Shown here in pieces: positions 50,561 through 62,896 of a stretch of 64,000 nt of DNA; position 1 is the stretch's first letter, and every line of letters starts with the position of its first letter. The notes under the pieces were generated by a model. It was not told the DNA's origin and searched no databases. It was given only the letters and a program-made list of their open reading frames with translations. The position numbers and the translations under genes were made by a program. Source of the stretch: Camelus ferus (lineage: Eukaryota); NCBI RefSeq assembly GCF_009834535.1, contig NC_045697.1, forward strand, positions 8,930,001 to 8,994,000. The letters are read 5' to 3'.

Positions 50561-51390
50561 TTTTTTTTTAAATATTTTTTATTGAGTTATAGTCAGTTTA
50601 GGATGTTGTGTCAATTTCCAGTGCAGAGCACAATTTTTCAGTTATACATGAACATACACATATTCATTGTCATGTTCTTTTTCACTGTGAGCTACCACAA
50701 GATCTTGTATATATTTCCTTGTGCTATGCAGTATGATCTTGTTTATCTATTCTACATATGCATATCAATATCTACAAATTTTGAACTCTCAGTCTGTTCC
50801 TTCCCATCCCTCTCCCCTTGGCAACCACAAGTTTTTATTCTATGTCTATGAGTCTGTTCTGTTTTGTATTTATGTTTTTGTTTTTGTTTTTTTTTTTTTA
50901 GATTCCACATATGAGCAAGCTCATATGGTATTTTTCTTTCTCTTTATGGCTTACTTCACTTAGAATGACATTCTCTAGGGACATTCATGTTGCTGCAAAT
51001 GGTGTTACATTGTCATTTTTATGGCTGAATAGTATTCCACTGTATATATACAATGGTGTGTGTATATATACCAAATCTTCTTTATCCAGTCATCTGTTGA
51101 TGGACATTTAAGCTGTTTCCATGTCTTGGCTATTGTAAATAGTGCTGCTATGAACATTGGGGTGCAGGTGTCTTTGTGAAGTAGGGTTCCTTCTGGATAT
51201 ATGCCCAGGAGCGGGATTACTGGGTCAGTATGTTTAAGTCTATTTCTAGTCTTTTGAGGAATCTCCATACTGTTTTCCACAGTGGCTGCACCAAACTGCA
51301 TTCCCACCAGCAGTGTAGGAGGATTCCCTTTCTCCACAGCCTCTCCAGCATTTGTCATTTGTGGACTTTTGAGTGTTGGCCATTCTGGCT
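50561..51390 (-). mobile_element. Young L1, 5'-truncated, with a perfect TSD
   Basis: 10-bp TSD AGTGTATTTC at 50551-50560 and 51391-51400; poly(T) start; ORF2 C-terminal remnant [11 protein letters not shown]...[36 protein letters not shown]. Confidence 0.97.
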
Positions 51391-52489
51391 AGTGTATTTC
51401 AAAATCATCTCAGCCTGGTCATTACAGATAGCTTACCCCCTGACTGATGGATTTTAGGCTACATCCTGGATGCTGTGAACTGATGGGTGACTGTGTAAAG
51501 CCCCAGCAGGGACACCTCCTGGGGACAGTTCACAGAGCCTCTTTTCTACCCAGCGCCTCCTCCTGAGGCAGCAGCTCATGGTTCTGCTGGAATCTTCCTC
51601 ATAACACTTCCGAAGTTCACAGCTGTCTTCAAACTGCATAAGAAAAGCAGACGGAATATTTAGTGCAGTTTTTGGAGCCATAAAAGAAAAAAATTAACCA
51701 AGCTTATTAGGCTCCCTGTTTCTTCTCTCCCATAAAGGGAGCAATTGGCAATAAATGCCATTCTGCTTTTTAATAGATGAATGGCCCAGTTGTGATAAAT
51801 CCACTAGCATTTTCAGGGGGAAATATATTTTACTCCTGACAGTTTTAGTAGTGGGATCATATTTTTTAAAGGAGTGGTGAGGGCACTTTAGTGACGGTTA
51901 AACTTTTCAAACCAATACAGAGGCTGGGCCATGAGAGATCCAGCATCTCTGGGGTTGGATTCCAAAGTCAGGGAGAGGTCCATTTGTTCATGATTCCTTC
52001 CCTGTCTTGCCAGCTTGCTGGCAGACCCTCCATTTTTCATCACCTCTATGTTTTTATTTGATTTACATTTCTTTCTGGAATTAGGGAGTTTATGTATGTT
52101 TTTTAGGTAAGGGAAGTAAGCCTCAGAGAGAGCAACTGATTTACATGAAGTCATATACCTAGTGAGTCAGGAATCCAAGATTTGGACTCTAGTATTTTGT
52201 CTTCCTATTCATTTAATTCAATTTATCTTTTGTCCAGCAGAGGATGAAGAAAGTGCCTGGAACTTAGGAAATCTGGGTTCCAGCCATGGTTTTGCAACCA
52301 ACCAGTGAAATGATCCTGGTAAAATCATCTCCTTTATCTGTTACTTCTTTTCTTGTACCTACATAGTGAGTTTTAACTTGCCTGGGACTGAAGAGTTTTC
52401 TGTAATGTGGGACTTTTGGTTCTAAAACCCAGAAAATACCAAGCACAGTGGGATGAGTTGGCCACCCCAGTTCTGGTGCTGATCCATTT

Positions 52490-52985
52490 TTATCCTCTGC
52501 AATCTCTCCTTAGGCAATCTCATGTATTTCACTGACTTCAAACATCAGCAAGCTCTTAGTCACCCATTCTGTGTGATCTTTCCAACCTGATCAGTCCATC
52601 TGCTGATGGACGTACTCACTGAGGTGTACCACAGTTCTCTCTCCCTCGGCATGTCCCAGGCTGCTCTCATCCCACCCCCTCTGCCATCCATCCCCATACC
52701 CACCTCCCCAACTGCATTTTCTGCTGTTGTCAGAGCCACTGCTACCAACCTCATTACCCAAATAGCAACTAGGGAGCGGTCTGGGGAGTGTCTACTTCTT
52801 CCCCTCTATCCTAGTAGTCTGCAGGTATTACCAGTGTCCTTCTAAATTTCCTGAGTCTGTCCATTTACTGTTCCTCAGTAACACCTGCTCTAGTTCAGAC
52901 CCTCATCATCTCTTACCTGCACTGTCACACCAAGTCCTTAAGTTTCTGGTATTGTTCCCTCTCCCTTTAGTTCCACCCTGCACCC
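52490..52985 (+). mobile_element. L2 fragment
   Basis: tctccttaggcaatctcat...ctagttcagaccctcatcatctcttacctgcactgt. Confidence 0.6.
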
Positions 52986-55143
52986 TATTTGATCAAGTAA
53001 CTCCAGGTTTCTTTAAGAGCCTATTTTTGGATATGTAGCTCCAAGCCTGGTTCTCCAGTGCTCTCAAAAATTCTGTTAGTTGTCAATATCCTTTCATACA
53101 TTCGTTTTCTGTCTAAAGCAGTCAGTGTCTGTTTCTGTTGCTGGCATCTAGGAATTCTGACGAATACATTATGCAGTGATGAGCGGTAAGGTCATCTCAA
53201 AGACAGCTCAAAGAAGGATAAAGCGTGATGTAGGAGACTAAGGCGGGAGTTTGTCATCTAAATGAACATCTTGAAACTGGGATGCGATATTTACTCGGCA
53301 TAGCATTTTCTAAGAGCACTTTGTTGAGTTGAGAAGAGCTCTTTAAGCATTTTTAGGCACACCCAGCTGGAGTGGTGCTGAGTCATCAGACTGGGGCTCT
53401 AATCTAGGTGGGCCACTCACCTGAGCTTTGCCCTAGGTAGGCTGATACTTCACCTTGGTTCAATTGACGGCTCTTTGGCAAATCAACCAACCTCTCTATC
53501 CTTAGTGTCCCAATCTGTGCACGAGAAACTGGTATGTATTAAGAATCTACTCTCTGTAGTGTGAAGGAAGACTTTCCATACAAAATCAGGCTGCAGTCGT
53601 TTCTACCTTCTGGAGTTTGGGGAAAGTGGCAGAATTCGTGCTTTTCTTTATTATTATTCAGTGAGTCCTTTGTCTGTAAAAGATAAGACCCCTGAGCCTA
53701 CTTTAGAATGGAGAGTGGAGAGATGGTCAAGGGATCTAAAACTGTCCCGTATAGTGCAGTAATAGGGTTTTCAAGTTCTTCTTTGGGATCTTAGAGACTT
53801 GGAGGGTGGGAGTCAGTGAACAGGATGGTGGTTGTCTCCTGGTTACTGGGTAGTAGGGGCAGGTGATGGGAGAGATGATTTGTTGGGAGAATGCAGGTCC
53901 AAGTAACAGGGCAGGAGGTGTATACCCAGGAAAGAGATGGCCTGCGAGGGCTTGACTGATGAACTTTAGAAGCAGTGATGACTGAGAGAATATTTCTTTC
54001 CTATCTCATGCTGTAATTCCTGAAGCTTTCAGGAAAATCTGTTTCACAGAGCAGCACTGTGCTTGAGTGCTTTGGGACATTGAGAGGAAAAGGTTGTGTC
54101 CATGCTGGAGGTGAAGACATACAGAGAGAGAACAGCAGTTGGCCAGCAGGAGCAGACATGGGATGGCCACAAGGCTGGAGGCACTTGGAATGGGAGGTGA
54201 GAACCACAACCAGGAGGCCACACACATCAGGAATTCCTTCTCCCCAGTCCAGTAGTCCAGTCCACAGACGTGTTCAGGAGGGGCTGTGTTTCCTCCAGAA
54301 ACATGTGGGCTGGGGATGTGAGTCACTTCATCAAATATTAAAGGAAACTGTGAATCTGGAAGGAGAGACGTGACATTGTGCCAGGTTGTTCACTGACTTA
54401 CAAAAGATTTATTGAATGTCCGCTACTTCAGACTTCTACCTGCCTGCTCTCTCTGACACCACAGGTGCCCATATGCTGTATATTCCCGTCTTGTTCCGTA
54501 GATTCACCTCATTTTTGCATCTTCTACTTTCTTCACCATTTGGAATTGCCCTCTTCTTCCAGTACGTTATTTGACAGGGTCCCAGCCTAGCAAGTGAGGA
54601 TTAATACTACAGTAACTCCTGACAGATGAGGAAACTGAGCTTTGTGAAATGGGGTGATGGTCCTGGTCTTGCCCCTTCATGGATTAGTGGGCAGCTTACA
54701 TTAGACGTTGCACGAGGAGGCGCTCAGTCACTGCAAGGCCCTGGGAAAATGCAAAGGCTTACTGTCACTTTTTATTTTCTGGATGAGCAGCCAGAGCAGA
54801 GAGCATGGTGAAGGACTGGTGGCCTCCCCTTGGGCCAGACGGCTGCAGTGTCAGGACCACAGAACCCGTGGCACTGGCGCTGCTCCCACGCCGCAGCTGG
54901 CTCCCGTCGTACCGAGTGCTTTCCAGCCACTCTTATTGGGGGCTTTGGCTGGTGTGGCTTCCGCTTGGAGCTGAACTGCTTCAGGCTTTGAAAAGTCAGC
55001 GTTCCTCCATCTCTCACCTTCTACCTATTATGGGCTGAATTATGTCAAAAGGATGTGTTGAAGCCCTAGCTCCCAATATCTGTAACTGTGACCTTATTTG
55101 GAAATAGGGTCTTCGCAGATGTAATCATGTTAAGATAAGGTCA

Positions 55144-56278
55144 GACACAGGCATAGAAAACAGACTTACAGTTTCTAGGGGAAAAAGAAGATATATGCGA
55201 TAAATTGGGAGTTTGGGATTTGCCAATATTAACTATTATATATAAAATGCTCAGTATCACTAATTATCAGAGAAATGCAAATCAAAACTACAGTGGGGTA
55301 TCGCCTCACACCAGTCAGAATGCCTATCATTAAAAAATTCACAAACAATAAATGCTGGAGAGGGTGTGGAGAGAAGGAAACCCTCCTACAGTGTTGGTAG
55401 GAAAGTAGTTTGGTGCAGCCATTATGGAAAATAGTATGGAAATTCCTCAAAAAACTAAAAATAGGCTTACCATATGATCCAGTAATCCCACTCCTGGGCA
55501 TATACCTGAAGGAAACTAATTCAAAAAGATATATGCACACTAATGTCCATAGCAGCATTATTTACAATAGGCCAAGGCATGGAAGCAACCTAAATGTCCA
55601 TTGACAGATGACTGGATAAAGAAGTTGTGGTATATTTATACAATGGAATATTACTCAGTCATAAAAAAGAATAAAATAATGCCATTAGCAGTGACATGGA
55701 TGGAACTGGGTATCATCATTTTAAGTGGAGTAAGCCATAAAGAGAAAGACAAATACCATATGATATCACTCATATGTGGAATCTAAAAAAAAGAGAAAAA
55801 TGAACTTATTCACAAAACAGAAACAGACACAGACACAGAAAACAAACTTATGGTTACCAGGGTGGAAAGGGAGTATGAAGGGATACACTGGCAGTTGAAG
55901 ATTTGCAGATACTAACTACTATATATAAAATAGATAAACAACAAGGACCTATTGCATAGCACAGGGAACTATATTCAATATCTTGTAGAAACCTATGATG
56001 AAAAAGAATATGAAAAGGAATATATGTATGACTGAAGCATTATGCTGTACCCTGGAAATTGACACAACATTGTAAACTGACTATACTTAAATAAAAAATA
56101 ATAAAAATAAGGTCCTACTATATAGCACAGGGACTATATTCAATATCTTGTGGTGACCTATAATGAAACAGAATATGAAAAAGAATATATATATATATAT
56201 ATACACACACACATACACTATGCTGTATACCAGAAACTAACACAGCAAGGTAAATCAACCATACTTCAATAAAAAAAA
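55144..56278 (+). mobile_element. Host L1 3'UTR fragment (55144-55247 plus ~56104-56278)
   Basis: The two pieces join into one L1 3'UTR (...tatatataaaa | ...aaggtcctactatatagcacaggg...atacttcaataaaaaaaa). Confidence 0.8.
55248..56103 (+). mobile_element. Young L1 3' end nested inside another L1
   Basis: ORF2 C-terminus ([47 protein letters not shown]), full 3'UTR and its own A-rich tail at ~56088-56108. Confidence 0.93.
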
Positions 56279-57084
56279 GTCACGGTCATTAGGGTGGGCC
56301 CTAATCCAATATAACTGGTGTCTTTATAAGAATAAGAGATAGAGACACACGGGAAGAAGACATGTGACAACAGTGGCAGAGACTGGAGTGATGGCAGCTG
56401 CAAGCCAAGGACCACCAGCCACCTCCAGAAGCTGGAAGAGGCAAGAAAAGATGCCACCAGAGTCCCCTAGGAAACATGGGTTTGCTGACATCTTGGTTTT
56501 TGGACTTCTGCCCTTCAGCACTATGGGACAATTCATTTCTGTTGCTCTAAGTCACCCATGTTGTGGCACTTTGTTACAGCAGCCACAAGAAACTAATACA
56601 TTAACCTAAGTCACCTTCGGGCTGGCAGAGGTCAGCTCCTGAGCTGCTCATCCGTGCTCTGCAATGATCATTTACTCCCATTCATTCACTCATTCATTCA
56701 TGTGCATGGCTGTGGTGGGCATTTATGAGAAATATAAACCCAAGCTGTGTCCTCAATTTGGGGAAACAAGAAATTCACATCAAGAGATGGATTAAATGAG
56801 ATGAGATAGTGAATGGATTGTGCCTCTGGGCCCATCCTTCGCCCCTGAGGCACAGGGTCAGAGGGTGTTATTGTGAAAACCCCCGAGAGGGGTAGTGGAT
56901 GTACCAGGGACACAAACCAGACTGGTGGAGTTGGAATCATAGCTTCTCCAGTCCCCAAGCACTGTCTGTCTAGAGCAGCCTTCTTTCTGTCTCACTGAAT
57001 TCCCCATCACATTTTCCTATTGCTTTTCTTTAAGGCCCTTAGCAGCTCCTGAAATTATTTTACATATTTCAATACTGTTTAGGG

Positions 57085-57294
57085 CTGGCTTTCTCGATCT
57101 TGGCACTGCTGACATTTTGGGCCCAATCACTCTTTGTTATGGGGCTGTCCTGTGAGTTGTAGGATGTTTAGCAGAATCCCTGGACTCCACCCACCAGAGG
57201 CCAGTAGCATCCTCCCAGTATGAAAATGAGTATGTTTCCAGACACTGACAAATGTTCCCTGGGGAAAAAAGTCTCCTCTAGTTGACAAGCTCTG
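57085..57294 (+). mobile_element. MER20 hAT-Charlie MITE inside an L2 3' end (~56960-57400)
   Basis: ttctcgatcttggcactgctgacattttgggcc...ggggctgtcctgtgagttgtaggatgtttagcagaatccctgg...ccagacactgacaaatgttccctgggg. Confidence 0.88.
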
Positions 57295-58469
57295 TCTCTT
57301 AAAGCAGGAACATGGTCTTTCTTATTTTCTATTGTTTCTGCAACCCCTCCCTAGAACAGTGTACTTACATAGTGGGTGCTTTGTAAACTCAGGTTGACAA
57401 GCTGGCTGGAGAGTGGCTACAGAGTAAGGTTTGCTGTTTTGTGGGAACTCAGAGGAAAAGGACCCCATCTCTGATTGGAAAACACCTCTGGGGAGGCAGT
57501 TCCGATGAGTCGGCATGTGATTGGAAACTTGTAGCATCAGTAAGCTTTATCTTGTCCAGGGGCAGACAGCCGGTGGGCATTCCTGGGAGAGTGAGTGGCC
57601 CTGGAAAAGAGGAGGAGGTGGGGTGGGGCATGGGATGTTGGTGTGATGCTGGAGGTGAGGCTGGGGGGTAGAATGAGCAGCTAAGAGGCACTGCAGGGGC
57701 ACACGGGTGAAATCGTGAGGGCCTGGGCTCAGGCAGTGGCAAAGGATCAAGTTCCACTCGAAGATGCCTGATGAGTAAGAAAAGCTTACTCCTGAAGTCA
57801 TTAATATACCTGATTACTCCCCGGATTTGTGCTCTTTGCTGATGGATTAGTGCTTCATGAAATGCTCTTACCCTTCTAGCTCATATTTCTCTATTTTTAT
57901 TTTTACTCAGCACCTATCACTTCTGATCATTTTTACATTAATTGTACGTAACACTGCTTTGCTTTAAACACATTATTTTAAAACATTCTGTTTTACAGAT
58001 CATGTCACAGCTTGAAACTCTGTAGACAGTGGTCATAAATCTCTCTGGAAAGAAAATGGAAGTTGTCTGTTTTAATTTCAAATCAATTCCCGACTGCCTG
58101 GGAAGAGGGATGGGAGAGACCCATAAAAAAACTTCTCCCCGCACTTGCAGTTAGTGGTCCAGGTTTTACCGGTGGGTGGCTGTTTTTAAGCAGAATAGAT
58201 TACTTTCAAAAGGTATCTGTTTGAGGTTAAGATTTGAAGCCATGTTTTGAGCTGAGGTGCAAGACTGTAAATAGAAACAGCCATCTAACTTTGGCATGTG
58301 GACAAAACGTGGAAGCAAAGAGACTGAAGACGCAGCACAGTTTCTGGGCTGCTGAGATCTCGCTTGGATTCTGGCTGCTCTTCTCCCCAGTGCGGTGATC
58401 CTGGGAAGGTTACATCAATCTCTGTCAGTCTCCATCTCTTCATCTACACAGTGGTGGTGGTGGGGAGAA

Positions 58470-58944
58470 CCAATCCCTCCAAATTTAGTGCTATAAAAGA
58501 TCAACGATAACCAGTTATTTTGCTCAATCAGTTATGTTTTTCTTTTGGGTCAGGCTCAGTAGGGATGACCCGTTTCTGAGTCTCATGGCTGCAGTGTGCT
58601 GACCAGACGGGAGCTGGAGGGTGCATTTCCAAGGTGGCCACTCACCTGGCTGGTCCGTTGGCATTGGCTGTTGGTCAGGAGCTAAGGCAACTAAGTCTGA
58701 CAACGAGAGTGCCTGTGTGTGGCCTTCCCGGCATGGTGGGCTCAGAAGAGCTGGCCCACTTACATGGTCTGACTTCCTCCAGAAGGAGTTGCGTGAGAGA
58801 ATCAGTGAGGGCTGTGTGGCTTTTTTTTAATGACTTAACCTAAGGAATCAAATAGTGTTACTTCTGACATATTCTGTTGTTTGAAGCAGTTACAAGCCTT
58901 TCAAGGTTGAAGCCAACCTTAAGGTGGGGACATAGACACCACCT
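58470..58944 (-). mobile_element. MaLR LTR, MLT1F/H-like
   Basis: ccaaatttagtg...ttccaaggtggccactcacctggctgg...tttaatgacttaacct...catagacaccacctctt. Confidence 0.7.
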
Positions 58945-59215
58945 CTTTTTAAAATTTCATTTCTCTATTGAAGTACAGTTGATTTACAATGTTGCATTAG
59001 TTGCAAGTGTACAGCAAAGTGAGTCAGTTGTGCATACATATATGTCTATCTGTATCTATTATTTTTCAGATCCTTTTCCACTATAGGCTGTTACAAGGTA
59101 TTGAATAGAGTTCCCCATGCTCTACAATTGGCCCTTGTTGTTTATCTATTTTATATATAGTGGTGTGTATTTGTTAATCCCAAACTCCTAATTTATCCCT
59201 CTCCTCACTTTTCCC
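58945..59215 (-). mobile_element. Cetartiodactyl-type L1 3' terminus
   Basis: attgaagtacagttgatttacaatgttg...gtattgaatagagttccc...ttaatcccaaactcctaatttatccc. Confidence 0.9.
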
Positions 59216-59221
59216 ATAGCT

Positions 59222-60083
59222 CTAATTATCAGAGAAATGCAAATCAAACTACAATGAAGTATCATCTCACACCAGTCAGAAGGGCCATCAATATAAATTC
59301 CACAAACAATAAATGCTGGAGAGGGTGTGGAGAAAAGGGAACTCTCCTACACTGCTGGTGGGAATGTAGTTTGGGGCAGCCATTATGGAAAACAGTACGG
59401 AGATTCCTCAAAAAGCTAAAAATAGACTTACCCTATGATCCAGCAATCCCACTCCAGGGCATATATCTGGAGGGAATTCTAATTTGAAAAGATACATGCA
59501 TCCCAATGTTCATAGCAGCACTATTTGCAATAGCCAGGACATGGAAGCAACCTAAATGTCCATTGACAGATGACTGGATAAAGAAGATGTGGTATATTAT
59601 ACAATGGAATACTACTCAGCCATAGAAAAGAATAAAATAATGCCATTTATAGTGGCATGGATGGAACTGGATGTCATCATTTTAAGAGAAGTAAGCCGGA
59701 ATGAGAAAGAAAAATACCATATCACTCATATATGGAATCTAAAAAAAAAAAAAAAAAAAGGAAAAGAAGGGGGACACTAATGAACTCATCTACAAAACAG
59801 AAACAGACTTGAAGACATAGTGAACAATCTTATGGGTACTGGGGGAAGAGGGGTAGGAAGGGATAAATTTGGGAGTTTGAGATTTGCAAATGTTAGCCAC
59901 TAGATGTAAAAATAGATAAAAACAAATATTTCTGTATAGCACAGGGAACTGTATTCAATATCTTGTAATAACCTTTAATGAAAAATAATATGAAAACAAA
60001 TGTACGTATGTATATGCATGACTAGGACATTGTGCTATACACCAGAAATTGACACAATGTAACTGACTATACTTCAGCAAAAA
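59222..60083 (+). mobile_element. Young L1 3' end (ORF2 C-terminus plus 3'UTR)
   Basis: Remnant MKYHLTPVR...[21 protein letters not shown]...LPYDPAIP; ends aactgactatacttcagcaaaaa. Confidence 0.95.
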
Positions 60084-60084
60084 T

Positions 60085-60572
60085 TTGTTTTCTAATTGTG
60101 GCAAAATACACATAAAAGGAAATTTACATCTTAATTATTTTTAAGTGTACGTGTCAGCAGCATTGGGTCCATTCACACTGCTGTGACCATCACCACTGAC
60201 ATCCAGCCACAGAACTCTGCATCTTGCAAAACTGAAACCCTGCATCTGTTGAACAATAGGTCCCCATTTTCCCCTGTCCCAGCCCCTCACAACCACGGCA
60301 CTACTTTTGATCTCTGTGAACTTGACTGTTTAAGATCCTTCATATAAGTGGACTCCTATAGTAGTTGTCCTTTTGTGACTGGCTTATTTCACTTATTGTC
60401 ACATTCTCAAGATTAACCCATGTTGTAGCATGTGCCAGAATGTCCCTTTTTAAGATGGAATAATATTCCATTGTATGTATTTGCCACATTTTGTTCACAC
60501 ATTCATTTATCAGACACTTGGGTTGCTTCTACCTTTTGGCAGCTGAGAATAACACTGCTCTAAACTTAGGTT
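60085..60572 (-). mobile_element. L1MB-type 3' end
   Basis: taattgtggcaaaatacacataa...catcttgcaaaactgaaacc...ttgtccttttgtgactggcttatttcactt. Confidence 0.88.
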
Positions 60573-61294
60573 GTCATTTACGGGTGTCTGTAGGTGTCCC
60601 TGGTGTGTGCTCTGCTTCCGCCGGTCGCCCCATGCCATGCCCTCCCCCAGGCAAAAGCTGCATGTTTGTTTTGTTTTGTTTTTTTACCCTCTCAGCACTC
60701 GCCTAGAACCCTGGACAATGTTCAGTGGAGAAGAGGCACTCCAATAATTGTTGACTAAGTGAATGGACAAATTTAACCTGAAATATGTTAAAAATTATCT
60801 TACTTCTCTATGGTCACATTTTATTTTTTTAAGAAAAACCTCATAATGGTGTGAAAGTATATGTGATTGTGTAACTGGGGAAACATACCCGGGGAGAGGA
60901 AAAAAAGAAGCTTTGCTAAGTCAAAATACTCTAGGGCTTTTAACCTGCTTTTGGTTATTTGGGGCAATCATACATTGATTTTTGTGGTAAAAAATGATCA
61001 TACAGTTTAGGTATTTAAAATAAAATCTGAAGATATCTTTTAAACTCAGAACTTTGTGAAGATGATACAAGGAAATGCTACAAGGAAATTTCTTGCATGG
61101 AAATGATACATTATGTTACTTTCTACATAAGGATCCTCTGGTTCTGACATCAACTGCACATTCTCCTCACCAGGGCACTGGGGAGAAATCTCAAGTCAGT
61201 TCCGTGAGGGAAATGAGTGACTCAGAGAGGCTTCTTGACTTTGGGTGAAGTCCAATGGTCCTCTTGTCTAAAGCTATTCATTCTGACGCTGGTT

Positions 61295-62220
61295 AGTATG
61301 TTAAAAGTTATTATGGAAAAGTTCAAACATATAACAAAGTAGAGAGCCTAGTATAATAAATTACTCGCACATACCCATGATGCAATTTCAGCAATTATTA
61401 ACTCGTGGCCAATATTATTTTGTCCATGCCTCCATCCACTTCCCCCTCCCTCCTGAATTACTTTGGAGCAAATCCCAGACATTATATAATTTCATCTGTA
61501 CAGATTTCAGCGTGTATTCAATAGGTAAGTACTTTAAGGAAACATAATGACAATAAAATTTTTACATCTAAATGATTAAAAATAATTACTCATAGTAATG
61601 AAACATTGAATCAGTGTTCAGATTTTTCCAATAATTTTATATTCTTTTAACAGTTTTTTCTGTCAGTAGTTTAAATCAGTTTCATACATTGCGATTGCTA
61701 GATATGCCTCAAGTCTTTTTAAATCTCTTCTCTCTCTAGTCTTTTTTCTGCCTTGTAATTTATTTGTTGAAAAACCGTCTATTTGGTCTGTAACCTTTCT
61801 TGTGTTCTGGATTCTGCTGATTGACTCCCCATGGCTTCATTTCACATGTTCCCCTGCCCCTCTTTTTCCTGTAAATTGGTAGTTAGATCTTGATGCTTGA
61901 TAGATTCAGGTTGGAGTTTTTGGCAGGAATACCGTTATCTTTAGATCATGATGTGTTTTTCCATCGTGTCTAATGGACTTTCTTTCTGTGATGTTAGCAG
62001 CCATTCATAATCGTTGTCTAGATCCATTATCTCTTCAGGGTTCAGAAGGATGTGAGTTTCTAATTTTACCATTCTTCATTCTTCTTTTGTCTGGAATGTT
62101 GCTTTAAAGAGAATCCCCTCATTAAGACTGAATACTCTGAGATATGCTTTGTACAGAAAAGGCTTGATTACTTTCACTTCTACTTACCAAGTTTTCAAAA
62201 CAACAGGTGATCAATGAGCT
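61295..62220 (-). mobile_element. L1MC4/5-like 3' end
   Basis: ttatggaaaagttcaaacatata...gcaaatcccagacattatataatttcatctgta...ctgtaaattggtagttagatct. Confidence 0.8.
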
Positions 62221-62619
62221 TTTCCACTTACCTTTTACCCTTCATCCATTCATTTTTTCCTTCACCTTCCTTTTTCTCCCTTCCTTCCTCTCTTTTCCAT
62301 TATTAACTCATTTAAACATATTGTTAACTGTATTTATAACTAAAACATCTTAATTAACTTTAACAATTCGATGGATTTCAATAGGATTTATTACTTCTAA
62401 ATTTTAGAGTTTTTATTTCTATTTGAAGTAAATATATTCATATACTTGATTTGCATACTTTCTTGAAATGTCAATTCTTTGTCAATTGATTATTATCCAT
62501 ATTCTCCTTGCGATATGCCAATGAAGATCCATAAGCAGATATCTACTAGATGAGGCTTCCAAATAAGCTAATATTTTCCTGATTAAAAATAGACAGATTT
62601 AGTTAGTACATCATTTCTG

Positions 62620-62896
62620 GCTTTCTCCCTACCTGCTCTTCCTACCTGGGATGTGGATGTAATGGCTGGAGGAGTAGCACTGATCATACTACAAAGAGAA
62701 TGAACAAATATATACATACACAGATAGGAGCAGAAATTGAATTGGAACCCAGTTCTTTGATGATTTTTTTAAAGGAATGGCTCCATTCTGAGATTATTGT
62801 ATCTGACTTCTTTTTATATGAGAAACCCCCCAGTTTTTTAAGCCACTATTTATTGGCATTTTTGTTGTTTGCAGCTATGTGTCTTCCATGATGCAT
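62620..62896 (+). mobile_element. MLT1J/K-like LTR fragment
   Basis: cctgggatgtggatgtaatggctggag...tttaagccactatttattggcatttttgttgtttgcagct. Confidence 0.65.

Larger units (their letters stand above)
55025..56600 (+). mobile_element. MaLR solo LTR, MLT1B/C-like, split by L1 (pieces ~55025-55143 and ~56279-56600)
   Basis: gtgaccttatttggaaatagggtcttcgcagatgtaatc...aagataaggtca | ttagggtgggccctaatccaatataactggtgtc...gcagccacaagaaactaataca. Confidence 0.9.

Noticed and set aside
51454..51650. Minus-strand exon candidate (acceptor cttttcttatgcAG, peptide FEDSCELRKCYEED...)
   Set aside because: No convincing donor and the peptide is not recognised; a similar lone acceptor near 48825 is equally unsupported
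51005..59780. ORFs with real protein motifs (51005-51358, 55410-55786, 59254-59780; also 33704-33898)
   Set aside because: These are frameshifted C-terminal remnants of L1 ORF2p in 5'-truncated copies, not host genes
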